DNA from: an uncultured Chloroflexia bacterium
GTDB lineage: Bacteria > Chloroflexota > Limnocylindria > Limnocylindrales > CSP1-4
NCBI GenBank assembly: GCA_963728635.1
Contig: CAVSKR010000005.1
Location: 264,998 to 328,997, forward strand
Direction of reading: 5' to 3'
Length of the DNA: 64,000 nt
A model generated the notes under the pieces. That model was given only the letters and a program-made list of their open reading frames with translations, had not been told where the DNA came from and searched no databases. The translations under genes and the position numbers were made by a program. Positions 1-8,599 of the stretch are shown one piece after another (within the stretch, counting starts at the first letter, position 1; the number at the start of each line of letters is the position of its first letter).

Positions 1-655
1 CGTCGAGACAGACCAGGCGCTCGATGGGCGCGTCGCCGGGCTGGGGGGCCGGCTCGCGGACGACGGCCAGCGGGTTGATCTCGACGAGATCGGCGTCGTA
101 GGCGGTCATCGTCCGCACGAGACCCCTGGCGATGGCGACAGCTGCCTTGAGCTGACCGCCGAGGCCCATCGCGAACGCCAGCTCGCGTGCCTGGAAGTCG
201 AGCAGGCCGAGCTGCGGATCGGCATGCCGCCGGACGATCGCATCCGGGTTGGTCTCCGCGACGTGCTCGATCTCCATGCCTCCCTCGGCCGAGCCCATCA
301 ACAGGATGCGACGCTCCGCCCGATCGACCAGGGCCGCGAGGTAGAACTCCTGGACGATGTCCGCCGCCGGTCCGACCAGGACCTTGCGAACCGTCATCCC
401 CTTGATGTCCATGCCCAGGATCTGGTCGGCGACGGCGGCCGCCTCGTCGGGCGACCCGGCGAGCTTCACGCCGCCGGCCTTGCCCCGCCCACCGACGAGG
501 ACCTGGGCCTTGATCACCACCTTGGCGGAGCCCTGGGACAGGAAGCGATCGGCGGCTGCTCGGGCCTCTGCGGATGTGTGGGCGACCGCCCATTCGGGGA
601 CCGGCAGGCCCTGGGCGACGAGAAGGGTTTTGGCGTCGGCCTCCTGCAGCTTCAC
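1..655 (-). CDS. sucC: Succinyl-CoA synthetase beta subunit, N-terminal ~218 aa (gene continues beyond window start)
   Basis: Minus-strand translation from GTG near 655 reads VKLQEADAKTLLVAQGLPVPEW...VVIKAQVLVGGRGKAGGVKLA...GMDIKGMTVRKVLV, the ATP-grasp N-terminus typical of SucC. Open to position 1. Confidence 0.8.
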   Translation of the reverse strand, partial: MKLQEADAKTLLVAQGLPVPEWAVAHTSAEARAAADRFLSQGSAKVVIKAQVLVGGRGKAGGVKLAGSPDEAAAVADQILGMDIKGMTVRKVLVGPAADIVQEFYLAALVDRAERRILLMGSAEGGMEIEHVAETNPDAIVRRHADPQLGLLDFQARELAFAMGLGGQLKAAVAIARGLVRTMTAYDADLVEINPLAVVREPAPQPGDAPIERLVCLD

Positions 656-683
656 CGACGCATCGTAGCCGAGCGACGCGCCC

Positions 684-1577
684 TCATCCGGCCATGCCCA
701 GGTGCAGGCGCCGGGCATCGGCGATCCGGTCGAGAGCCGCCGCGGACTTCGAGAGCGACCACACGATCGCGTCGTCGATGCCGGCCGCTGCGAGGTCGTC
801 GAACACCGTCGCGAGGCCGTCCGCGTCGGCCGCCAGTCCCGTCCGATCGTCCCCGCCGGCGCCGGGATCATGGAGCCGGATGCCGACCGTCCGCCTGAGC
901 GTCGCAGGATCGCGACCGGCCTCCCCGCACGCCGCATCCAGCGCCGCCAGCAGCACCCGCATGCGGCCGTCGACCCCGCCGAACCACGCGGCGTTCCAGG
1001 CGTCCGCCCACGCCGCGGTCAGCGCCAGCATGCGCGGGCCTTCGGCCGCCACGAGGATCGGGACGGTGCGGGCCGGTGGTGGGATGAGGGACGCGCCAGA
1101 CACGCTCTGCCATCGCCCGGCGACCGTCACGGTCTCGCCGCGCAGCAGGCGAGCGGCGATCTCCAGGTCCTCCGCGAAGCGTCCCACCCGGTGATCGATG
1201 GGGTAGCCGAATGCCTCGTATTCCGGGTCGTGCCACCCCGACCCGAGGCCGAGGATCACACGGCCGCCGGACAGGTCGTCAAGGGTCGCCGCCATCTTGG
1301 CCATCAGGGCGGGGTTCCGGAAGGACGAGCACATCACGAGGGAGCCGAGCTCCACGCGCGGCACGATCGGGGCGAGTGCGGCGAGGGTCGTCCACGCCTC
1401 GCGTATGCCCTCGTCCGGGCGGCCGCGGTAGCGGAACAGCAGGTGGTCGAACACCCAGACCGAATCGAGACCGGCCGCTTCGGCGTGTCGGGCGAAGGCG
1501 CTCGTCTTGTCGAACGTCGGGGAGTGCCGGTCGGGCGTGTCTCCGTCGGACAGGGGGAGCGTCACGCCGATCCGCAT
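684..1577 (-). CDS. LLM-class (luciferase-like) flavin/F420-dependent oxidoreductase
   Basis: MRIGVTLPLSDGD... N-terminus and GLDSVWVFDHL, ILGLGSGW motifs of the luciferase-like monooxygenase family. Start may be further upstream at 1670. Confidence 0.7.
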   Translation of the reverse strand: MRIGVTLPLSDGDTPDRHSPTFDKTSAFARHAEAAGLDSVWVFDHLLFRYRGRPDEGIREAWTTLAALAPIVPRVELGSLVMCSSFRNPALMAKMAATLDDLSGGRVILGLGSGWHDPEYEAFGYPIDHRVGRFAEDLEIAARLLRGETVTVAGRWQSVSGASLIPPPARTVPILVAAEGPRMLALTAAWADAWNAAWFGGVDGRMRVLLAALDAACGEAGRDPATLRRTVGIRLHDPGAGGDDRTGLAADADGLATVFDDLAAAGIDDAIVWSLSKSAAALDRIADARRLHLGMAG

Positions 1578-1681
1578 CCGGGCGAGTCTAGCGGGGTCCG
1601 CTCCAGTCGGAACGATTCCGACGGGTCGCCTCGCCATACTCGACGAGCGCGGCCACGTCGGTCGCGCCACCGCCGAGGGGC

Positions 1682-2242
1682 GTGATGCAGCGAGACCTCG
1701 TGGAGCGAGCGCGGAAGGGCGATCATGACGCCTTCGCCGAGCTGGCAGGCGCCGCGATCTCCCGCCTGGATGCCGCCGCCTGGCTCATGCTGCGGAATAC
1801 GGAACAGGCCAAGGACGCCGTCCAGAACGCGCTCGTCCGTGCCTGGCGTGATCTGCCCACGCTCCGCGACCCCGAGCGCTTCGATGCCTGGCTGCATCGC
1901 CTGCTCGTCCACGCCTGTATCGATGAGGCGCGACGGCTGCGACGACACAGGCTCGACGTCGAGCTCAGCACGATCGCCGTTCCTTCCATCGTCGACGACG
2001 TGTCGATCGTCGACGACCGCGACCGACTCGAACGCGGCTTCCTCCGGCTCGAACCGGAGATGCGAGCCGTCATCGTCCTCCATCACTACCTCGACCTTCC
2101 GATGCCGGCCGTGGCGGCGACCCTGGGGATCCCCCTCGGGACCGCCAAGTCGCGGCTGCACCGCGCCCTGGGCGAGATGCGGGCGGCACTCGATGCCGAC
2201 TCTCGCGTGAAGGGCGATCTCGTGGAGGGCAGGCCGGCATGA
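1682..2242 (+). CDS. ECF (sigma-70 family group IV) RNA polymerase sigma factor
   Basis: 186 aa with region 2 (DAVQNALVRAWRDL...FDAWLHRLL) and region 4 HTH (VIVLHHYLDLPMPAVAATLGIPLGTAKSRLHRAL). Stop overlaps the downstream start (ATGA). Confidence 0.85.
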   Translation: MMQRDLVERARKGDHDAFAELAGAAISRLDAAAWLMLRNTEQAKDAVQNALVRAWRDLPTLRDPERFDAWLHRLLVHACIDEARRLRRHRLDVELSTIAVPSIVDDVSIVDDRDRLERGFLRLEPEMRAVIVLHHYLDLPMPAVAATLGIPLGTAKSRLHRALGEMRAALDADSRVKGDLVEGRPA

Positions 2243-3507
2243 CGACCAACGATCGCCTCGACCGCGTCATGTCGTCCTGGCTCCACGGGGACGCGGACTA
2301 CCGGGTGCCCGACCACCTCGACGAGGTGCTGGGGGTCACCAGGGTGACGCGCCAACGGCCGGCATGGTCGAGCCTCGAAAGGTGGCTCCCGGTGGATACG
2401 ACCTTCCGCCCACGCCTCTTCACCGTGCCGCGGCCCGGTCGGCTGCTGCTGGTGGCAGCGCTCATCGTGCTCGTGCTTGCCGTCGTGATCCTCGCGGCCG
2501 GCTCACGCCAACGCCTGCCCGAGCCATTCGGACTGGCCCGCAACGGCATCTTCGTGACCAGTCGCGACGGCGACATCTACACGCTCGATCCGACGACGAC
2601 CGAATCCGCCCTGCTCGTCGGTGGCGATGCGTTCGACTTCTCGCCTCTCTTCTCGCGCGACGGCACGAGAATGGCCTTTCTGCGCTCCGACGGCCCGATC
2701 GCGGGGCCCGCCATCCTCACGCTGATGGTGGCCAACGCAGATGGCTCGAACCTGCACGCCGTGACAGCGCCGACCAAGAGCCTCGATTGGTTGGACTGGT
2801 CGCCGGACAGCACCCGCGTCGCCTACATGGCGAGCGGGGACCTGTACGTGGTCGACGTAACCGGCGGTGAGCCGCGACGCCTGGAAGGCACCGGACGCGT
2901 CCACTTCCCCGCGTGGCTGCCGCCAATTGGGGAGGAGATCGTGTATCTCCAGGAGGGTGGCAGCCCTGCGATCTTCGCCATCCGTGCGGACGGGACGGGC
3001 AAGCGTCAGTTGTCGACGACACCGGCGACCAATCGCTTCGACTACCAGGGCCCGACGATCTCACCCGACGGGTCATCGATCTCGTTCACCCGCTACACCT
3101 CGTCAGGCGAGCCACGCGGCTTCCTGCTCGATGTCGAGACGCGGACGGAGCGGCGAGTGCCGGTGCCCGATGGCACGCGAGCCGAGCGTGGCGGCCTGTT
3201 CGCGCCGGACGGGAAGAACCTGGCATTCGTGCGCTATTTCAGGAACTCGACGTGGCAGCTGATCCTCGCTCCGATCGACGGTAGCGCGGACGGCGTCCCC
3301 ATCGGGCCGCGCTTGCCGGGGACGCCACAGAGCGGCAACGCAGGCGTGAGTGGGACGGCCTTCACACCCGATGGCACGGCGCTCGTCGTCCGCTACGGCG
3401 ACGACACGGCGGCGGAGACCCACCTCCTGCCCCTCGACGGCTCAGCGGGCAGGATCATCGATGCCGGCGAGTTCCAGTTCGTCGACATGCAACGCCTCGC
3501 GCCCTAG
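2239..3507 (+). CDS. Putative anti-sigma factor: cytoplasmic N-domain, one TM helix, periplasmic TolB-like beta-propeller repeats
   Basis: Translationally coupled to the ECF sigma. TM segment LLLVAALIVLVLAVVILAA. Repeated S/TxDG...(A/F) motifs (SRDGDIY, SPDST, SPDGSS, APDGKN, TPDGTA) typical of TolB/WD40-like propellers. No HxxxCxxC ZAS motif. Confidence 0.65.
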   Translation: MTTNDRLDRVMSSWLHGDADYRVPDHLDEVLGVTRVTRQRPAWSSLERWLPVDTTFRPRLFTVPRPGRLLLVAALIVLVLAVVILAAGSRQRLPEPFGLARNGIFVTSRDGDIYTLDPTTTESALLVGGDAFDFSPLFSRDGTRMAFLRSDGPIAGPAILTLMVANADGSNLHAVTAPTKSLDWLDWSPDSTRVAYMASGDLYVVDVTGGEPRRLEGTGRVHFPAWLPPIGEEIVYLQEGGSPAIFAIRADGTGKRQLSTTPATNRFDYQGPTISPDGSSISFTRYTSSGEPRGFLLDVETRTERRVPVPDGTRAERGGLFAPDGKNLAFVRYFRNSTWQLILAPIDGSADGVPIGPRLPGTPQSGNAGVSGTAFTPDGTALVVRYGDDTAAETHLLPLDGSAGRIIDAGEFQFVDMQRLAP

Positions 3508-3528
3508 CCACGCCGGACGCGGCTCCTG

Positions 3529-3557
3529 GGCCGGTCTCCCCACCGGGGAGGCCGGCC
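3529..3557 (+). terminator. GC-rich stem-loop (13-bp stem with one G-U, 3-nt loop) after anti-sigma gene; no U-tract
   Basis: GGCCGGTCTCCCC acc GGGGAGGCCGGCC, read directly. Confidence 0.35.
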
Positions 3558-3579
3558 ACGCCGCGTCGGTCGGCCCGGA

Positions 3580-3585
3580 TACAAT
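3580..3585 (+). promoter_or_regulatory. TACAAT -10 hexamer 6 nt upstream of the IDH ATG (predicts leaderless mRNA)
   Basis: ggaTACAATcgggccATG: spacing places the TSS at or next to the A of ATG 3592. No SD is possible. Confidence 0.4.
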
Positions 3586-3591
3586 CGGGCC

Positions 3592-4614
3592 ATGGCCCAC
3601 CCAGTCACCCTGATCCCCGGCGACGGCATCGGTCCGGAGCTGGCGGAGGCGACACGACGCGTCCTCGATGCGACCGGGGTCGCGTTCGCGTGGGAGGTCG
3701 TGGACGCGGGCGAGGCCGTGATGGCGGAGTACGGGACGCCGCTGCCGGACCACGTCCTCGAGTCCATCAAGCGCAACAAGGTCGCCCTGAAGGGGCCGAT
3801 CACGACGCCGGTCGGGGAGGGGTTCCGGAGCGTCAACGTGACGCTCCGCCAGGTGCTCGGGCTGTACGCGAATCTCCGGCCGGCCCGCAGCATCAAGGGT
3901 CTCGAGTCGCGTTACGAGGACGTCGACCTCGTGATCGTCCGGGAGAACACCGAGGACCTGTACGCCGGCATCGAGCACATGGTCGGCCCCGACGCGGCCG
4001 AGAGCATCAAGATCATCACCCGCGCAGCGTCCGAGCGGATCGCCCGGTTCGCTTTCGACTACGCGGTCGCGAACGGTCGACGCAAGGTCACCGCGGTCCA
4101 CAAGGCGAACATCATGAAGCTGTCGGACGGGCTGTTCCTCGAGAGCTGCCGGACCGTCGCCGCCGACTACGACGGCCGTATCGAGTTCGAGGACCGCATC
4201 GTCGACAACATGTGCATGCAGCTCGTCCAGAAGCCCGACCTGTACGACGTTCTGGTCCTGCCGAACCTCTACGGGGACATCGTCTCCGACCTGGCCGCGG
4301 GCCTCGTCGGCGGGCTGGGCGTGGCGCCCGGAGCGAACATCGGGACCGACGCTGCGGTGTTCGAGCCGGTCCATGGCTCCGCGCCCAAGTACGCCGGTCT
4401 CGACAGGGCCAATCCGACGGCGCTGATCCTGAGCGGGGCGCTGATGCTCCGCCACCTCGGGTACGTCGCCGAGGCGGATCGCGTCGAGACGTCGCTGCGC
4501 GAGATCATCGGCGAGGGCCGGACGACCAGCGACCTCGGCGGTTCCCTCGGGACGGCGGCGTTCGCCGACGCGGTCATCGAGCGGCTGGGATCCGGCGTGA
4601 GCGCGGCGCGATGA
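3592..4614 (+). CDS. Isocitrate dehydrogenase (NAD-type) / isopropylmalate dehydrogenase family, ~340 aa
   Basis: [50 protein letters not shown] motifs of the beta-decarboxylating dehydrogenase family. Sits beside sdh genes in a TCA context. Confidence 0.8.
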   Translation: MAHPVTLIPGDGIGPELAEATRRVLDATGVAFAWEVVDAGEAVMAEYGTPLPDHVLESIKRNKVALKGPITTPVGEGFRSVNVTLRQVLGLYANLRPARSIKGLESRYEDVDLVIVRENTEDLYAGIEHMVGPDAAESIKIITRAASERIARFAFDYAVANGRRKVTAVHKANIMKLSDGLFLESCRTVAADYDGRIEFEDRIVDNMCMQLVQKPDLYDVLVLPNLYGDIVSDLAAGLVGGLGVAPGANIGTDAAVFEPVHGSAPKYAGLDRANPTALILSGALMLRHLGYVAEADRVETSLREIIGEGRTTSDLGGSLGTAAFADAVIERLGSGVSAAR

Positions 4615-5423
4615 CGGGGCTCGTCGGCAGCCTTCGAGCCCCGCGCAAGCCGGCCGGCACCGCCCCCGCCGGGCTGGGTGCGACGCGGCGCCGCGACCGC
4701 TGGTGGACGGCGCCGCTCGTCCAGGGGACGCTCTTCACGGTCTGCGCCACCTACCTGTTCGTCAGCGGGATCGTCTGGACGCCGCTGTTCGGCACCGCAT
4801 ACGAGGTCGACGGTTACCTGTCGCCGCTGTTCTCGCCGTTGATCAAGCCCGATTGGCTCCCGACGTGGATCAGCCCCGGCCTGTTCATCCTGTGGGTCCC
4901 GCTCGGCTTCCGTGCCACCTGCTACTACTACCGCAAGGCCTATTACCGCTTCTATTTCGCCGATCCGCCCGGCTGCGCAGTCGGCGAGCCGACCATCCAC
5001 CGCGGGTACAAGCTGGAGACGGCCTTCCCGTTCATCCTGCAGAACCTGCACCGCTACTTCCTGTACCTCGCGTTCATCCCGTTGTTCTTCCTGTGGCTGG
5101 ACGCGTGGCTGGCGGTCACGCATCACGGTGACTACCGGATCGGGCTCGGCGTCGCGATCCTCTTCGTCAACGCGTTCCTGCTCACCGGCTACTCGCTCTC
5201 GTGCCACTCGCTCCGCCACATCGTCGGTGGACGGCTGGACTGCTTCTCCTGCTCGCGTCGCGCCAAGGTGCGCCGGTCCCTGTGGCAGAGCATCACGTCG
5301 CTGAACCTGCAGCACATGGCGTGGGCGTGGATCAGCCTGATCTCGGTGACCGCGGCCGACCTGTACATCCGGCTGCTCGCGCTCGGCGTCATCACCGACC
5401 CGGCGATCCGGATCCAGCTCTGA
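4611..5423 (+). CDS. Putative succinate dehydrogenase/fumarate reductase membrane anchor (Sdh1-type, ~270 aa, 5 predicted TM helices)
   Basis: ATGA overlap with the upstream gene and immediately upstream of sdhA-sdhB. Aromatic-rich polytopic membrane protein. The larger ORF 3690..5423 is a frame-fusion artefact. Confidence 0.55.
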   Translation: MTGLVGSLRAPRKPAGTAPAGLGATRRRDRWWTAPLVQGTLFTVCATYLFVSGIVWTPLFGTAYEVDGYLSPLFSPLIKPDWLPTWISPGLFILWVPLGFRATCYYYRKAYYRFYFADPPGCAVGEPTIHRGYKLETAFPFILQNLHRYFLYLAFIPLFFLWLDAWLAVTHHGDYRIGLGVAILFVNAFLLTGYSLSCHSLRHIVGGRLDCFSCSRRAKVRRSLWQSITSLNLQHMAWAWISLISVTAADLYIRLLALGVITDPAIRIQL

Positions 5424-5439
5424 CCCATCCGACGCGACC

Positions 5440-7263
5440 ATGACATTCCCCACGGATCCGCAGACCCGGCCCCACGACGTTCTGGTCATCGGCGCCGGCG
5501 GCGCCGGGCTCCGGGCCGCGATCGAGGCCCGCGCGGCCGGTGCCGACGTCGGGCTCGTGTGCAAGTCGCTCCTCGGCAAGGCACACACGGTGATGGCCGA
5601 GGGTGGCGTCGCAGCGGCACTCGCACACGTCGCGCCGGCCGATTCGTGGCAGGTCCATTTCCGCGACACGATGGTGGGCGGCAAGAAGCTCAACAACCCG
5701 CGGATGGCCGAGCTCCACGCCGTGGAATCGCCGGCCCGTGTCCGCGAGCTCGAGGAGTGGGGAGCGGTGTTCGACCGCACGGCCGACGGGCGCATCCTCC
5801 AGCGACCGTTCGGCGGCCACTCGCACCCGCGCCTGGCCCACGTCGGCGACCGGACCGGGCTGGAGATGATCCGCACGCTCCAGGATCGCGCCGTGTCCGC
5901 GGGGATCGACGTGTACATGGAATGCACGATCACCCGCCTCGTGACGGGCCGCGATGGGGTGACCGGCGCGGTCGGCTACTGGCGGACGACCGGGCGACCG
6001 ATCGTGTTCGCGGCCAAGGCCGTCGTCCTGGCGACCGGCGGCATCGGCAAGGCGTACGAGGTGACGTCGAACTCGTGGGAGTACAGCGGCGATGGGCAGT
6101 CGCTCGCATACGAAGCGGGCGCCGAGCTCATGGACATGGAGTTCGTGCAGTTCCACCCGACCGGCATGGTGTGGCCACCCGGCGTCCGCGGCTTGCTCGT
6201 GACCGAGGCCGTCCGCGGGGAAGGGGGCATCCTCCGCAACGCGATCGGCGAGCGGTTCATGTGGAAGTACCTCCCCGAGGACCGTCGCGAGGAATACGCG
6301 GCGAACGCGGATGAGGCCTCGCGCTGGGTCCAGGCCCAGTCCCAGGCCAAGCAGACCGACGCGCGGCGGCCACCCGAGCTGTCGACCCGCGACAACGTGT
6401 CACGGGCGATCTATACCGAGGTGAAGGAAGGTCGCGGGACGCCGCACGGCGGCGTCTACCTCGACATCAGCTATCTGTCCGCCGACCACGTCCGGCGCAA
6501 GCTGCCCTCGATGTACGAACAGTTCAAGGAGCTCGCCGACGTCGACATCACGAAAGGGCCCATGGAGGTCGGCCCGACCACGCATTACGTGATGGGTGGG
6601 ATCCGGGTCGACGCCGAGACCGGGGAAACCAGGGTGCCCGGTCTATTCGCCGCGGGCGAGGTCGCGGGCGGCATGCACGGCGCGAACCGCTTGGGCGGCA
6701 ACTCACTGTCCGACCTGCTCGTGTTCGGCGCGCGGACGGGCAAGGCGGCGGCGGACCACGCTGCCGGCGAGACGGGTCAGCCCCATGTCGACCCCGTGCA
6801 GGTCCAGGAGGCGCTGCGTGTCCTCGATGCGCCGTTGGAGCGGACTTCCGGCGAGGACCCGTACGCCATCCAGCGCGATCTGCAGTCCGTGATGCAGCGT
6901 CAGGTCGGCATCTTCCGCGTCGAAGAGGACCTGGACCAGGCCCTGCTGGAGCTCGCCGAGCTCCGCCGTCGCTGGGAGTCGGTCTGCGTGACCGGTGGTC
7001 GGCCGTACAACCCCGGCTGGGACCTGGTCTTCGAGCTCGGCAACCTTCTGACGGTGTCGGAGGCGGTCGCCCGCAGCGCACGCCAGCGGACCGAGAGTCG
7101 CGGGGCCCACAGCCGCCTCGACTACCCAGAGACCGACGACGCGACGTGGGGCGAACGCAACAGCGTCATCGCCCGGGACGCCGACGGTCGCATGACCATC
7201 TACACGACCCCCCTGCCGTCCATGAGCGACGAGCTGCAGGGCGTGCTCACGGCGGGTCACTGA
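5440..7263 (+). CDS. sdhA: Succinate dehydrogenase / fumarate reductase flavoprotein subunit
   Basis: VLVIGAGGAGLRAA FAD dinucleotide fold, HTVMAEGG, RLAHVGDRTG, HYVMGGI, NRLGGNSL conserved SdhA/FrdA motifs. 607 aa. Confidence 0.92.
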   Translation: MTFPTDPQTRPHDVLVIGAGGAGLRAAIEARAAGADVGLVCKSLLGKAHTVMAEGGVAAALAHVAPADSWQVHFRDTMVGGKKLNNPRMAELHAVESPARVRELEEWGAVFDRTADGRILQRPFGGHSHPRLAHVGDRTGLEMIRTLQDRAVSAGIDVYMECTITRLVTGRDGVTGAVGYWRTTGRPIVFAAKAVVLATGGIGKAYEVTSNSWEYSGDGQSLAYEAGAELMDMEFVQFHPTGMVWPPGVRGLLVTEAVRGEGGILRNAIGERFMWKYLPEDRREEYAANADEASRWVQAQSQAKQTDARRPPELSTRDNVSRAIYTEVKEGRGTPHGGVYLDISYLSADHVRRKLPSMYEQFKELADVDITKGPMEVGPTTHYVMGGIRVDAETGETRVPGLFAAGEVAGGMHGANRLGGNSLSDLLVFGARTGKAAADHAAGETGQPHVDPVQVQEALRVLDAPLERTSGEDPYAIQRDLQSVMQRQVGIFRVEEDLDQALLELAELRRRWESVCVTGGRPYNPGWDLVFELGNLLTVSEAVARSARQRTESRGAHSRLDYPETDDATWGERNSVIARDADGRMTIYTTPLPSMSDELQGVLTAGH

Positions 7264-7265
7264 GC

Positions 7266-8108
7266 ATGGAGGAGCGCATGTCGGAAGCACACCTTCGGGT
7301 CTTCCGCGGCACGCCCGGGAGCGAGGCCCGCTTCGACGAGTTCGACGTGCCGATCGAATCGGGCATGGTCGTGCTCGACGCCCTCCACTGGATCCAGGGC
7401 CACGAGGCTCCCGATCTCGCCGTCCGCTGGAACTGCAAGGCCGCGAAATGCGGCTCCTGCAGCGCCGAGGTCAACGGGCAGCCGCGTCTGACCTGCAAGA
7501 CGCGCCTGTCAGATTTCGACCTCGAGGAACCGATCACGGTCGAGCCGATGCGAGCCTTCCCGCTGATCAAGGACCTGGTGACCGACGTGTCCTGGAACTA
7601 CGAGGTCAACAAGACGATCCAGCCGTTCACGCCGCCCGACGACGTGCCCCAGGAGGAGTGGCGCTGGCAGCAGACGGACATCGACCGCGTCCAGGAGTAC
7701 CGGAAGTGCATCGAATGCTTCCTGTGCCAGGACGTCTGCCACGTGCTCCGCAACCACGAGACCGAGCGCCCGTTCATGGGTCCCCGCTACCTGGTGCGGG
7801 CGGCCGGCCTCGAGCTCCACCCGATCGACCAGGCCGACCGCCGCGAGTACCTCAAGGACAGCGGTGGGATCGGCTACTGCAACATCACGAAATGCTGCAC
7901 CGAAGTCTGCCCGGAGCACATCAAGATCACGGATAACGCGATCATCCCGCTCAAGGAGCGTGTGGCCGACGCCTATTACGATCCGCTCCAATGGGCGTGG
8001 CGCAAGCTGCGGGGTGGCGACGCGGGGTCGGGGAGCCGGGTCGAGCTGCCCGTATTGCAGGGCGATCCCCGTCCGCCGGGACCCGCGGGGGACAAGGCGC
8101 CAGAGTGA
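7266..8108 (+). CDS. sdhB: Succinate dehydrogenase iron-sulfur subunit
   Basis: Cys clusters CKAAKCGSCSAEVNG...C (2Fe-2S), CIECFLCQDVC (4Fe-4S), CNITKCCTEVCP (3Fe-4S). Start 3 nt after the sdhA stop. Confidence 0.9.
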   Translation: MEERMSEAHLRVFRGTPGSEARFDEFDVPIESGMVVLDALHWIQGHEAPDLAVRWNCKAAKCGSCSAEVNGQPRLTCKTRLSDFDLEEPITVEPMRAFPLIKDLVTDVSWNYEVNKTIQPFTPPDDVPQEEWRWQQTDIDRVQEYRKCIECFLCQDVCHVLRNHETERPFMGPRYLVRAAGLELHPIDQADRREYLKDSGGIGYCNITKCCTEVCPEHIKITDNAIIPLKERVADAYYDPLQWAWRKLRGGDAGSGSRVELPVLQGDPRPPGPAGDKAPE

Positions 8109-8119
8109 GCCAGCCAGGG

Positions 8120-8599
8120 ATGGACGAGCGTCCCACGTTCATCGTCCGGACCGATGGCGCCGCGCGCGGCAACCCCGGACCGGCCTCGGCCGGTGCAGCC
8201 CTGTTCGCAGCGGAGCGCCCGGACGCTCGTGATCCACGCGCTCAGCCCGATGCCTCGATCTCCGACTATCTCGGCGTTCAGACCAACAATGTCGCCGAGT
8301 ACACGGGCGTCGTCCGCGCGCTCGAGCTCGCCCGCGAGCTCGGGGCCGGAGAGGTCCACCTGCTGCTCGATTCGAAGCTGATCGTCGAGCAACTCTCCGG
8401 GCGGTGGCGCGTGAAGGATCCCAAGCTCATCCCGCTGTGGGCGGCGGCGCGAGCGACGCTCAACGGTTTCAGGCGGTGGACCGCGACCCACGTGCCGCGG
8501 GCCCAGAACGGCGTTGCCGACGCTCTGGCCAACGAGGCCATCGACCGGGCCACCGCCGGTGGTGCCACGTCCGTCGTCCGTCGACCCGAGCGGCCCTGA
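8120..8599 (+). CDS. rnhA: Ribonuclease HI
   Basis: FIVRTDGAARGNPGPASAGAALF...NNVAEYTGVVRALELA...HVPRAQNGVADALANEA: the DEDD catalytic motifs of RNase H type 1. Alternative GTG start at 8105. Confidence 0.85.
   Translation: MDERPTFIVRTDGAARGNPGPASAGAALFAAERPDARDPRAQPDASISDYLGVQTNNVAEYTGVVRALELARELGAGEVHLLLDSKLIVEQLSGRWRVKDPKLIPLWAAARATLNGFRRWTATHVPRAQNGVADALANEAIDRATAGGATSVVRRPERP

Noticed and set aside
1600-1681. Possible ECF-type promoter (GGAAC at 1609) upstream of the sigma factor gene
   Set aside because: No convincing -10 (CGTC/GTT) at the expected 16-17-nt spacing. The region may even be coding if the LLM gene starts at 1670. It is mentioned under the sigma finding only.
3690-5423. 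577-aa ORF spanning the IDH 3' half and the SDH anchor
   Set aside because: Frame-fusion artefact of high GC. The real genes are IDH (3592..4614, conserved motifs) and the anchor starting at 4611 with an ATGA overlap.
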